64,000 nucleotides of DNA. It comes from Octopus bimaculoides (taxonomy: Eukaryota). Position numbers and translations under genes: made by a program. Shown here piece by piece: positions 1 to 12,920 of the stretch (position 1 is its first letter; each line of letters begins with the position of its first letter). The stretch spans positions 166,221,382 to 166,285,381 of the forward strand of contig NC_068982.1 in assembly GCF_001194135.2 (NCBI RefSeq), written 5' to 3'. The notes below the pieces were generated by a model. The model was given only the letters and a program-made list of their open reading frames with translations, made no database searches and was not told the DNA's origin.

Positions 1-290
1 GCATTGACAGTCTCGGGTGGTGGAATCAATTTGGTTTCACCATCCACCTTTTGTATGTACTTCCTGAACGCGTACAGACTCTCTTTTACAATTTTCAGTT
101 CAATGGTGCTTCCACCAACAGCCTGAGAAAAACTTTGCTTTGGCATACTTTCTCCCTGAATGGGAGCGTTGCTTTCGGCTGTCGCGATTTTGTCAAAAAG
201 ACAAAAAATAACAGACAAAAATTCTTGTCGCCAAGACAAATGAATGGTATTTTCCTGCCCCGTAGGGCGAAAAACTACTGTTAAACAAAC
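1..290 (-). mobile_element. 5' part (UTR plus N-terminus, running off the window edge) of an ORF1/gag-like retroelement ORF
   Basis: The minus strand has ATG at 146-144 and is open to position 1: MPKQSFSQAVGGSTIELKIVKESLYAFRKYIQKVDGETKLIPPPETVNA. It is absent from the ORF track because it is truncated. SFSQAV resembles the SY/FAxAV motif common near the N-termini of non-LTR ORF1 proteins (inference). Confidence 0.4.
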
Positions 291-1215
291 AGTTACAAAA
301 ATGTCTCACAATAACAGACGTAAAAGAACTCACACAGACGTAGCAGCAAAGATATTTGAATCAAGATATAATACTCCAAACACGAGAAAACGTTGAATGT
401 CGTAACATTTTTATTATGATCACTATGGATCTACTTTACATAGATGATACAAAGACAAATACAAACAGATGTACAAAATGTATGAGTTCTTTTTTAAAAA
501 ATTTTACGATGTTTTCATAAGAGACAGAAGTGTGAAACAGAGAAAACAAAGGAGAAGAACGAAAATGGAGCTACTAACCCTAAAAAGCGAAGGAAAAATA
601 AGTCAAAGGAACGGTCAACAGAAAATAAAAAAGAGATAAAAAAAGCCAGAAACTAATAATGTACAAGAAGAGGAGGAGAGAACGGATAAAGATGTGAAAT
701 ACAAGGGGGTTTTGATAAAGTACGAGAATTGCGAGCAGATGGAGAAAAAAGTCGAGAGGTTGGAGGAAATAATAAGAGTGAAAATGCCTGAGAAATGTGT
801 TGAAAAATGCATTTTGATACATGAGGAAAACTACTGGGAGTACTTAAAAGAATTTGGTGAAAATATAACGAAACGGATATGGTTGGTGGAGACACCCTCC
901 CCCCCCCCTCTAGAACTGATTATTTGCAGTTGTTAAAGACGGACGTAACAATGATTAATGGAAGAGTATTTCAACTTTTTGAGTTGCAAAACCGTTAAAG
1001 TGTTTACATGACGTTGAACGTAAAAGTGAAAAACTGGATAAATGTAACCACCCGACTTCGGGGATCGAGTGGACATTGCGCCTCATTTTTTTTCATTCTT
1101 GCATATTATCATTTTATTTTAATTACCCCGATTTTATATTTGCGTTTTGTACTGTCTTTACGTTTTGTGATGTCTTAAAAACTTCTTTGTATAGCCCTTT
1201 ATGGATAATAAAGAA
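283..1215 (+). mobile_element. Decayed ORF1-like reading frame with 3' UTR and AATAAA; 3' part of a non-LTR-type element
   Basis: Near-continuous coding-like frame broken by stops and by frameshifts in homopolymer runs: ...TNRCTKCM / CFHKRQKCETEKTKEK...KKRRKNK / KYENCEQMEKKVERLEEI...HEENYWEYLKEFGENITKRIWLVETPSPPP / TDYLQLLKTDVTMINGRVFQLFELQNR*. A T-rich tail and AATAAA follow at 1207-1212. Confidence 0.4.
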
Positions 1216-1534
1216 ATCGGTATTTCGTTTGTTTTTACGTTCTGAGATCAAATTCTGTCGAGGTTGACTTTGTTTTTCATCCTTTCGGGGTCGATAAAAT
1301 AAATACCAGTTGAGCACTGGGATCGATGAAATCGACTTTTCCCCTCCCACAAATTAGAAATCAATATGATTATTATTATTAAACACAACTACTGCTGTAA
1401 TTAAACGTCTAACTAGATAATGTTGAACAAATGAAATATTTTCAAACGCTTCTCTCCCCTGCATAAAGTAGACTAAACTGTTTTTTTTTTCTTTTCACTT
1501 CAGGTTATTGCCAAAGATTTTAAAAAGTCAAGGG

Positions 1535-2272
1535 ATGAATAAGCCAGTTTCTTACGAGGAACGCTGTCGGAACCAGCTTCAAGCAATGTTAAAGAACGAC
1601 ATCAAAAAAAGTGGTGGAAACCTCAATTTCTTATATAGGCCCAATAATAAACCTATACACAGTCCGGTTCACAACCAAATTCAGAAGGTATTGTACCTTT
1701 TGCAAAACAAACTCTTCGAAGAATGTGCTTCAGAACTCAGACGGATTGACTTACCAACACTGCATGCTATCCTTAATGACATTCCTTTTAAACTACTCTA
1801 CGAGTCGATTCCTTTGTCTCTTCCAGTTCTTGATGTGCTCTACACTCGGCTATACCAAAGCACTACACCTGGATCTGCCTCATGGCGTCTACTCTCTCCA
1901 GATATGCTTGTGCCAAAGTTGATTCTGTTTTTTGCTGAAGAATGGTTAGCTTCAGGGAAGGGTGGGAAAAATTGTAACGGTTATTTTCCGGCATGCCGAA
2001 ATCTTTTGTGGATGGCTTCCACAGTCGACACATCTTTGGCTGATAGTCTCCGAACAGCTAAAGTTACTATGGAATCTAATATTGAAAAGCTGGGTAAACA
2101 CGGTTTGGTTGAATGCTTTGATGGATCCTTGAAAAGTTTGCAGTCTTCGTTACAATTTGAGATGAACCACATGATACAACAAATGAAGCAAGCTTTAAAC
2201 TTACTGAAAGAACAACGAGGCAAAGATTTAACTGATACTATTTCCGAATCAGCACACCAACGACTTCTGCAA
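1535..2272 (+). CDS. Coding exon 1 of an uncharacterised, predicted helical protein (exon starts at 1504)
   Basis: Strong acceptor (T-tract, cttttcacttCAG|G, exon from 1504). First in-frame ATG is at 1535 (MNKPVSYEERCRNQLQAMLKND...SESAHQRLLQ). 246 uninterrupted codons end at donor CAA|GTAAGA (2273), phase 0. The start could lie further upstream. Confidence 0.85.
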
Positions 2273-2279
2273 GTAAGAG

Positions 2280-2280
<1 letters not shown>

Positions 2281-2320
<40 letters not shown>
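2281..2320. repeat. (TAT)n microsatellite
   Basis: Direct reading. It accounts for the poly-Tyr tail of the unspliced ORF 1508-2359. Confidence 0.95.
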
Positions 2321-2321
<1 letters not shown>

Positions 2322-3330
2322 GTGGTTGTTGTGAAGTGGCAAGCTGGCAGAATCGTTAGCGTGTCGAACAAAATTCTTAGTGACATTTATTCCGGCCATT
2401 TACGTTCTGGTCGACTCTGCCTTTCATACTTCGGGGTGATTTACCTCCTCCCCACAAATTTCAGGCATTGTGCCAATAGTAGAAGGGATTATTATTGTTG
2501 TTGTAAGGCGGCGAGCTGGCAGAATCATTAGCACACCGGGCAAAATACTTATCAGCATTTCGTCCATCTTTATGTTCCGAGTTCGAATTCTGCTGGGGTC
2601 GACTTTACCTTCCATCCTTTCGGTGTCAATAAAGTAAGTACCAGTTGAACACTAGGGTCAATATAATCGATTTGCCCCTCCACTCAAAAACTGCTGGCCC
2701 TGTACCAGAATTTGAGACGATTATCATTACTGTAAAGCAGCGAGCTGGCAGAATCTTAGCGCATCGGACAAAATTCTTAGCGACATTTCTTCCGGCTCTT
2801 TACGTTCTGAGTTCAAATTCTGCCGAGATAAACTTTGCCTTTCATTCTTTCGAGATCGATGAAATAAATACCAGTCAAGCATTGGGGTCGATGTAATCGA
2901 TTTACCTAAATTGCTGGCCGAGTGTCAAAATTTGAAACCATTATGGTTGCTGCTGTTATATCGGTACAGAAGTTTCAGACAATATTTTACAGTACTTATT
3001 TCTGTTGAAATTCTGTCGGGCTTATCTTAGCCTTTCGTCTTTCAAGGCATCAAAAAGCAATGCCACTCATATACTAGAATCGATTTACTCTGGGTCCTAA
3101 ATTTGAGACCTTGTGTAAGTTAGAAATCTTCATTGTTACTACTGAAATTGGGGCAAGCTGGATAGTAAATCAGTCAAAAGTTTTTAGAGTATTTAGTCAC
3201 GTACCTTAAGATCAAATCACACTAGGATTTTCTTTGCCTTTCATTCCTCGATCTCCTTTAAAATAAATACCTTATCAACTTAATTGCCTATTCCCTTCCA
3301 CAATTTTTAGGGTTTATGCTGATTAGAAAT
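2322..3330 (+). mobile_element. Head-to-tail array of about 5 copies of a tRNA-type SINE (family A)
   Basis: Repeated unit ggcgagctggcagaatcgttagca...acgttctgagttc(a/g)aattc...gtcgactttgcctttcatcctttcggggtcgataaaataagtaccagtt...ggggtcgatgtaatcga...aaatttgaaaccattatt. A-box-like TGGCAGAATCG, B-box GTTC(A/G)AATTC and (ATT)n-like tails are present. Confidence 0.8.
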
Positions 3331-3639
3331 TATCATTGTTGTTACTCATGAAAATGGATGTGCAACAGAAAACATGCCAAGAGTAATGCCGTATTTAACT
3401 TAATGTCTTGATGTTCTAAGCTACCGCAACCTAATTTTCTAATTTATATCTCTGCGATCGATAAAAAGAAAGTACCAATGATACGTTACAACAGTCTCAA
3501 TTATCGTTGTTTCTAATAGTTTGCAGTGGATAGTCACAGATATTTAAGTATCGGACTACGTATCTAGATTCGTTTCTTCTAATGTTATGTTTGATAATTT
3601 TGTCAGTCGATAAAACAAACACAAGCAATACGAGGGTGG

Positions 3640-3800
3640 GCATGGGTGTGTGTTTAAAACATTCGCTTAGTAACCAACAGTTTCCGTATCTGATGCCACG
3701 GCTCGACACATTGGGCAAGTATCTTTTGTCTTATCCTTGATAGTTTGTAAGAGGAATATGATAGAAAACAATCGGGTAGAAGCCCATCGTATATATGTGT
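3640..3800 (+). mobile_element. Decayed copy of the CORE-like SINE (family B)
   Basis: cacattgggcaagtatctt and agaagcccatcgtatatatgtg match the better copies at 23380-23800 and 46035-46431. Confidence 0.5.
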
Positions 3801-6800
3801 ACATACCTTTGCCAGTATACATCAGCGAGAGTTATCATATGCATCAATGAAAAACTGAAAACCAGTGATAATCACTGGCCACTGTCACCGATAGTGAACA
3901 ACTGATTGGTTTGTTGGAATTCTGTAACTAACGACACTATTATTCAATACCTACGATATAAAATAAATATAAATAATATATTGCAGCTAATTCATCTCAA
4001 TGTATCTCTTTCCGGCGAATAATCTGCAATGTTGTTAAATATTCGCACTTAAAACAGCCTTAGATCAAAATAGCAATGTGTAAAATATAATGTATGTATA
4101 GACATGGAACAACACGGCTGTATTGTTTTGTCTTGGAGAAGTCTCTCTGAGATATGTGTGTTCTTTGACCAGAACACGGGTAGATTGTCAGACACAATGT
4201 TTCAACTTGATCCTCAGTTACGAATATACTGAACGTTCTGAGTTAATCTGAAAATAACTGTTCGTATGCAGAAATCGGTAAACGAAATATTTACTATTTG
4301 TGTGAAAGTTAGAGAGGCTAGAATTAGATTAATATAGGCATTTGAGATTATATGTTAATATAGGGACTTGATCCTTAAATGAAAAAAGCAGCGTACATAT
4401 TTATTGTGTATAAAACCATGGAACTGCACTAGCTATATTTTGCCCAAGGAAAAGCTCTCAAAAAGACCCCTGTTAAAAACAGGACTCCAAAATTCAGGAG
4501 CATAATCAAAAGCGTTTCAGATATGACTATCCCGTTTTTTATTCAAACATTTTATAACAAGTACATTATCCAACGTGTGGTTTTTTGAGACAGTAAGGTG
4601 TGATTCTAACAGATTGTGCGATCACGTAGAAGCTAATCCTTATTGAGTATTTATTAGCATCAATCACCATTGGGTAGTGATATAGTTCCAAGTGAGCCTC
4701 CGGAACTGACATTGCTAGGGTTTTTAAAGAAAAGCATGACTGTTACAGAATATTGAGATACATGTGGGTTCTTTTATCTATAGCTTAAGTATAGTGTTTT
4801 AAATGAAAGGAGTTCGATGCGATGTGGTTTTGTTTAATTAATTACCTATGATAATAGTATCTAGTCTGAGTAATTTGTTCCTCGACTACTTAATGTCATA
4901 GAAACCAAAGACAAGTACCATACCAGTTAGCCGTATAATCTATGGATGAACACATACATTTCATACCGGCCTAAACGTTGCAGCTATCAATTTTCATTGG
5001 TTAATTATGCAATCTTCAATAGTTTTTGGACACACTATCACAATTTATTTCTAACACGGCAACAATGTTTCAATTTTGAGGAATTGCTTTAAGCATTTGT
5101 ATTGACTTCAGTATATGACTAGTATTTATTTTATTGAATCCGAAAAAATTAAAAACAAAGTCTACCTGACAGAATTTGAACTCGGGAGCTAATTAGAAAC
5201 TGCAAATAATAGTTCGTGTTTGTTCAACATTACATTGCTGCTGATGTACATGGAACACTCAATTGTATTTACTTTGTGAAAATATTTCGTTAAAAAATTT
5301 TGTTTTCTTTTCATTTTTATTCTGATTATTAGCAAAGTGAAATGTTTTTACTGTTCTGTTAGCTGAGCATTTGTGGGATTATTCTTCGGCGATCGTCAGA
5401 TAAAAAAATAATAATTGCTTTTTTGACGAGTCAAAAAGCTTTGTTACTGGAAATAAAGAATGTAAAAAAATGATGTACATTTCTCTGTATGATTTGTATC
5501 AGGAAATGAAAGGACTCCATGATTTGGGTTAGTTTGTTGTTATTTGGCTTCAGAAACGTTGTGATCAGTTAGACTTATGATGGAGGGTGTTCTAAACGTC
5601 ATCATCTCTTTTTCAGATATATTGTATTTGGAGCTATATTATCCAGTGTCTCCATTTTTAGGATGGTTGTATGCGATTTTGCAGCTATTCTAGCAGGTAA
5701 TTGGCTTCGGAATTTGGTCCTCTCGGAGTAAATTTATTGAAGAAAACCTTAATTTTATTTTCGTTTACGAAATTATTTCACTTCTCTGGAAACACACGTA
5801 TTGAATACAACTTTTCTAACGCTTTTGTTACAAAATATTAATATTGATTTCTTATGTAAATCACATTAAATGCCAAGCGAATAGAAATAAGATTAGGTGA
5901 CGTTTATGCATTTTTATTTTTAGGGGAATTAATGGCTTTCAATAATTTCAGTCGGAAACTAAAACGCTTCCACATGAACTGTTCAGCGAGAATTTACAAC
6001 GTGAAACGAATTGGTTAACCACCTGATTTTTTAAAATTTATTCTAACTAGATTATGCAAGGAATTCAGAGCGTTGGAATTAGCATTGCCACCTAAAGCCT
6101 TCGTCAGGACCCTGTTTTCACACTAGCTTTTATAATTTAAGTTTTTTAATATAAACAATATAAATAGGTAAAGCGAATGTTTTACAACGTAAAGGTAAAA
6201 TAATTTAAAATGTAAATAGATATGAAAACGCGAAAGCTTAAATTCCTTAGAAAATGTTATTAATCCTTAATTTTAAAATAAAACCGGTATTTTAGTTTTT
6301 CTTGTCAAATGAGGGAGCGTTTTTTAATTTCGCAATCGAATGTGTTTATTCACTATGTTTGCTCTCAGAGAAGCAAAGTAATTTCGAAGACGAAAATAAA
6401 ATTGTTTCCTTGAATAAATATACTCCAGGAATCAAATTCCAAAGTAAAATTTATTTGTTGCTTAGCTCACGTTTAAATTGGTTGCCTGCTTGGAATAATT
6501 TCCCTTCAATTTCCGACCCACTCCCCACATAAATTTAGATTGTTACTTTCATATTTTCATTTCTCTAAGTTCCTACCATACCAATCTCGAAATCTTTATT
6601 GATTTCTAACCTAGGAATACTGACACAAATTTACGACATATTAGAGAAATACAAGTTTGAGATATTCATGCTTTATTCGTTGACATTAACTATATAATTT
6701 TCGTAACATCGAAGCAGGTGTTCATGTGTCTTGTACAATAAGTTGCTACTGTTTGCAATACGGTAAATTGAGACCCCTACAGTAAGGTGGTGTTTTGTTG

Positions 6801-9800
6801 TTGTTGTTTTTTTACTATGGCTATAGTGTGTCACTGATGGTTGGATAAGAACCAACGCTAGCACATTTTATGAATCAGCAACAATCATATACTGTGGTGT
6901 ATCAATCCAGAAAAGCCACCCAGCTAGAGCTCTACGCATTTTTATGTACAAAATTATTGTGTACGTGGATATCCAGAGTGATAGAGTAATGAAAGCCAAT
7001 GCAGAATTCGGTTATTGGTGCTCTTTCATTGCTTTGTATCCATAACCATGAGACTTCTCTCAAATTAACTTGTTTCCGAAATATTTCAAATAGATAATGT
7101 GCTGAATGGGGTACGCAAAAAGAAATTTAATGAATTGAAATTTGCTTCTTAGTTGCCGAATGAAAACAAAATCCTAGCCATAATTTTTGTCGATACTTGA
7201 AGGAGAAAATTTCAAGAACTGAGATCCTACGAATAGTTGTGATTAATTATTAAATTGAGTGTTACTTGATATTCTACCGAAAGGAAATTATGGTCGTTGA
7301 ACTTTTATTCCATATCTGTCACTAATATATTAAGGAATTTATGATATCCACCAACCGCAGACGCGCTGCGTATTTGAAAAATATTTAAAAGAATTCTGTA
7401 TCCACCAGACAGCTAAAGACACAGGGTGAGATGAAATACAGTAAACCTCTAAGTGATGTTTTACCGTACCGTTATAGTCACCTTTATCCTCCTCCTGTTT
7501 GGAAATGCTAAAATATATACATTGTGATCGATTCAGGAGTTTTCTATATTCGAAATATATTCCTTTTTGACTAGGGACGAGGTCCCATAGTTTTAAGTTA
7601 CTTGAGATGGAATGTTATTACATCCATTCTTTTTCAGGTGTAATAATAACGTAAAATGAATAGAGCTCAAGTGAAAATTGACTGTTATTTTTATTTATTA
7701 TTTTTCTTTTTGACTAAATGGATTAAAAAACATATTGAAGGTTGTAGTAAGTTGTAACATTTATACTTCATCTAAGGACACTGTCACTAAGCAAAGTTTT
7801 AAAATGTTTGCTCATCTAGAAATGAAAACTGGGTGGAGGCTGACTTGTTTTATTAATGGGATATTGCTTTCTGGAGAAAACAACCACAAACTAATAGAAA
7901 TGGGGATGAGGTTGCGTGGTGCATGTGTTTCTTTTTTCGGGGTTTTTTTTTGGGGGGGGGGGACATTTAGTAGGATAGAGGATATAACGAGGTTTCTTTC
8001 ACGTGTTATGTTTCAAATTGCCATAGAAAACTACATTGCGAGTTTTCTGAATTTACTCGAATATATTGCCGTTATATATTTTATCAAGTCCGAGCAGGTA
8101 AATGAAAGGTAACGTTGACTAGAATGGGATTTGAACTAAGAACGTGGATATACGGAAACACACCACATTAAGTAGTTTACAATATTTTACTGCATTTATT
8201 CATTTTTGTCCGGTAAAACTTTTAGTGGAATGTCATATGTCTATTGCAAAACTCATATCTTCCATGAAAAAAGTACGATCGAAATTAACTATTGAGGCAG
8301 TAGAATGGAAACTGGGAGAACGCTGGATTAAATGGTGTGAAATATTCGGTCTTCTCTTGGGTCTCACTTTAAACCCAATTCTTACCATGTTTGACTTTGA
8401 TTTTCATCTCGACAGGAGTTAATAAACCGACAGTCAATTGTACACTGAGCTCAATTTATTCAACTGTTCTTTTACAAAACTTGAAAGTGTGCCTAATCAA
8501 ATGAAATCGATAATTACAACAAAAAGATGAAGTATTACATTCAAGCATTAACTGCGAAATTAGACACCAAAGCACTTGCTGTAATGTTCACGAATCTCAT
8601 CGTTAGAATTCCTTTTAAATAGAAATGTAAATACATAGACAACCAGGGTATTGCTTTATTAGCCAAATTGGTTATGATGTAGTCATGTGACCAATCAATA
8701 ATTATATTTAGTTAAACGGAAAATAATCCCTCGCTGCTAAGAAATCAATAACTAAATACCCAATTGGCTGCGAAAATAAATTGAATGTTCAGTGTAATTA
8801 AATATTTAAAATGTTTTAGATAATTATTTTCTTTTTGCTTTCATTCTTAACTTTATGCCAGTCAGAATATAAATTTTATCATAGTATCGTGTTTGTGTGT
8901 GTGTGTGTTTAATGTATGTACAAATATTCTGCTATATTTGAATAAATATTCTGGAGGTTAGGTATTACCCGTAACGCTGTCGAGTAAAAATTTCATCAGT
9001 CAGCTAGTTAAGTCTTCATACAAAGATTTAGAAATCTAGACAGTTAAGGCAAAGAAAAACCCATCGATAAAATGACGTATTTCTAAGCATCCTGTTTACT
9101 TCATTTTTCCGCTGAAGTATTTTTCTTTAAGCTTATCAGCAGTTTTCAGAAGCAGAACTCCTTAAATCTTGGGAGAAAAACATTTGAAGGAATGTGATAA
9201 CAACAAAAAAATAATATTTTCACGTGATCAGAAATAAATATTCGTTTATGGCGGAAATATCAATGTAGTCAAGTGAAATAACAAATGCTGGTTTAGTTTA
9301 TTATATGACACTTCCGTAATCTATCTTACGGATTTATCTTGTTAATAAACAAAAGAAAACGACACTTCTGAATTAAGAATTTCGTCGACTGACTTGATCC
9401 CTTGTGTCAAACTTAATTATTTTCTTAAAAAGACATTGTTTGCTCTGACAGAGTTTGTACTCGGGACATAGCGCTACTAAATACTACAAAGCAATTAGTC
9501 TTCAGTTCTTTCTTAACAGCTCGATGAATTTCGATCCAGGAAAGCCAGTCTGCATTAGCGCGGTATACAAGCCAAATATTTTCATACCATACCCTATCTT
9601 CCCTAAAGAAAGATACATTGAATTAAAAAGATGAGTTGAGCATGCTCAAGTATCACTTACCTAGGGCTAAACAACAACAAACAACATGTCTGTTCTTGTT
9701 ACGTAATAATTTTGTATTGTACTGAAATGTTGAACTTCATAAAATAATACATTACTATGGAAGTTAGGAACCTCCACTTCGAGCTGCTAGAAATGCAAGG

Positions 9801-10261
9801 TTCCTTCAAACTAAACCCTACCATGTTAAAAGATTTTTAAAATCATTGAATTTTGTTTGCCGGAAAATGAGATGGTGTTGGCACAGATAAGTTTTCTTTG
9901 GTCATAAGACAACTCAATCACAGGAAACCTATGATTATTCAGCAACCAATCTATGACTTGGTAACTTTCAATAACATCCTTCTTTTCACGTGATGTTAGA
10001 TGAAAAGGAAATGACCATTATAAAGCATGATTATTACTAAAAAAATACCTTTAAATCTACGCTACAAATGCTTTCTATTTGAGAAGAGACTTGATGTATA
10101 TTTTTAAAGATGGTAGAGATGGGCACGTCAAGAGCTAAATTTGGAAACTTTAGTACCTCTAAATCTATATCCCACTGATTTGTCTAAATTTTACTAAAAA
10201 GTCTTTCTATTGGAGCTTTAACAACCTTCTCAACAAATTCAGATTAATATTAAATTTGTGT

Positions 10262-10455
10262 CTAAGGTGGTGAGTTGGCAGAATCGTTAGCACCCCGGAC
10301 AAAATGCTTAGCAGTATTTCGTCCGTCTTTACGTTCTGAGTTCAAATACCACCGAGGTCAACTTTGCTTTCATCCTTTTGGGGTCGATAAAATAAGTACT
10401 AGTTGATATTATTTCGACTGGGGTCGATGTAATTGATTTACCTTCTCCCTTACCT
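10262..10455 (+). mobile_element. SINE family A copy
   Basis: aaggtggtgagttggcagaatcgttagcacc...tctgagttcaaataccaccgaggtcaactttgc...ggggtcgatgtaattgatttacc. Confidence 0.85.
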
Positions 10456-12513
10456 CTCAACAAAATAAGTTCCAGAAATATACTGAATCTACACATCCTG
10501 CTCCCGTCAACAAAAACTGTTTATTCAAAAGGTAACAATAAATAATAATCATATACAGCTCCATTCGAATGTTGAGCAGTAGAAACAGTAAGTCAATTAT
10601 TAGTCCCGGCCCTATATGTTAGAACTCAAATCTCGCTGATGACAACTGATATTTTATCCCTGTAAATTGAGGACCATTTGTGCATTGTCAGTGGTACATT
10701 TGGTAGCTTATTTTATAAATGTGTGAACGTGTGATAATGCAAGAAGTCAAAATTTAACTATTGCTCAACACTAGATGCTCGTCGGTGTCCAAGGCAAGAC
10801 ATTTAACTTCTTGTTCCAGTCCATTCGGCTATAAGTAGCTATCACAGTATAGAAGGCACATCATAATAGACAATAGAAATGTGACGTTAACAAATGTTTC
10901 ATTGACTGTCTGTAGTGAATAACACATCACCTGGGGACATAGAACTAGATGTGTTCATGTGTGTGATAGTGATAATCATGATCTCCTTCGTGTAAACATG
11001 GAAGCCAAAAGAGTTGCGGAATTTTTGTTTTAGTTTTACTTTCATTTTTTATTATTATGCTTATATTTTCAGTATTTTCCTGATATTTGAAGTAAGCGAA
11101 CGCAGAGAACGATTTCGTTAATTAAACGTGGCGGTCCTTTAACCATGAGATAAGAGGGAATTAATTGCATAAGATAGGTGGAGCCATTAGAGAGGTGAAG
11201 GAAAACGATTTTAATGTAAAATGAAACTAAGTTGGTCACCCTTTACTATTTATTTATTTTTTGCTGCCGAATTGATCACTGCACCGAGCGTTCATCATAA
11301 GAAATGAATAATTAATTTGGATTTTTAGAATTCTTCCGCACAACAAACACATTGGAATATTGTAATATAAACTAATTGTCTCTGTTCTTTCTCATTAAGG
11401 AGACTCTTTGTTATTAAGATATGCTTAGTGATTAATACAGTAACTCCGTTAATTACGATCTAACTATTAACAGGATTAAACTTTTTATTTTTATCTTAGA
11501 ATATTCCCAAAATGTAGAAATTGCTAATAACAATTATGATAAAGAATATTAATAATTTCTAATTTTTGGCACTGGGCTAGTTCGGGGAGGAGATATAGCT
11601 GATTAAATTGACACCAATACTCGACTGCTAGTTAGTTTATTGACTACATAATGAATGCAGTTTCGGGAGAGATTCTACATAGTTGACTTGCTACAAATGA
11701 CAGCTATTCTTCCTCAAACCACGCTCTACCGTCTAAATAAAATGAAGGACACACAATGTAATCTAAGAATAATGTATTTTGAGAAAAATAAAGATTAGAT
11801 TCACAGCCGAAATCTCTTTAATCAATCTTGCTCAATTAAGGATGACCTGGAACTAAACAACAGCTGTAAAATCACCAGAGTCGACCAAAGCGAATTTAAA
11901 CGTAAAGGAATATAACTGAACATAGCAAGGCATTTTGTTGGCGCTCTTCTGTTTTTATCACTCTACAGTAATAACAAAATCTAAATGCTGTAAATAAAAC
12001 TACAGAATTTCATAAAAACCTCGCCTGTCAGCTACTTATTAAATCAACTTCTTGTCGTAAACTATGTATTTCCAGTGAATCTAAGGATTTAACCTTCTTA
12101 ACAACTTCGGTTTATTAGCATAGATAGCTCTTTAATACTCCCAATGTATTTAGTCAGGGAACTAGTTTTGCATTCGTGGTATAATCTTTTCATTTCACTT
12201 AACTTGCAATGCTAATATCTTCGGAATACATGGATGTCACATTATCTTATGTACTTTCCCTGAGTTCTGTGTCCATGTAAGAAAGCAATTAATCAGAAAA
12301 CAGCAAATGCAAGTTCTAATCTTTCTGTCTCAGATTTATCTCAGTAGATTTTGTGATATAGTCATCAACACCATATTGTATGGCTATTTCAAATTTCTAT
12401 CAACATCATGAGTTTATTTCTGTGTACAGTGATTGATTAGACAAAATTTCCAAGAATGGTGGCTTGCAGTTTCCTACTATTTTACTGTCTTACAATCAAA
12501 TTCTCTGTCATTT

Positions 12514-12532
12514 ATATATATATGTGTGTGTG

Positions 12533-12588
<56 letters not shown>
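12514..12588. repeat. (TA)n(TG)n microsatellite
   Basis: Direct reading. Confidence 0.95.
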
Positions 12589-12589
<1 letters not shown>

Positions 12590-12920
12590 TTTTCAGAAAC
12601 ACTGTTAATATCATATTTATCTTATATTGTAAATTGAACAAATTTACAAGTCCAATTTGTCCTTAAAAATCTATCTCGCCTTTTAAAGTACTTCATTTTA
12701 TTTCCTCAGTTGTAGTTAAAAAGCTGATGATGCACTATTCCATATTGTTATGTTCAAATCTTACCGGGATGAACTTTGATTTTTGTATATCCATGATCGA
12801 TAAAATAATACAACTTATATTAAGTAAGCATATTGCCAAAGTTGTTGTCTTTTTTCTTTCAAATAGTATGTTTCTTTGAGTTTATGGGTAAAGCTTTGTG
12901 CCATCTGTGATATGTGCTCT

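Noticed and set aside
6060-6110. CTGACGA hammerhead-like core on the minus strand
   Set aside because: The GAAA half is eroded (ccAACgc) and no stems could be built. At most a dead PLE-type relic.
7625-7650. Good acceptor (ttctttttCAG|G) as exon 2
   Set aside because: A phase-0 join to exon 1 gives GTG TAA, an immediate stop. The exon at 24458 continues the protein convincingly.
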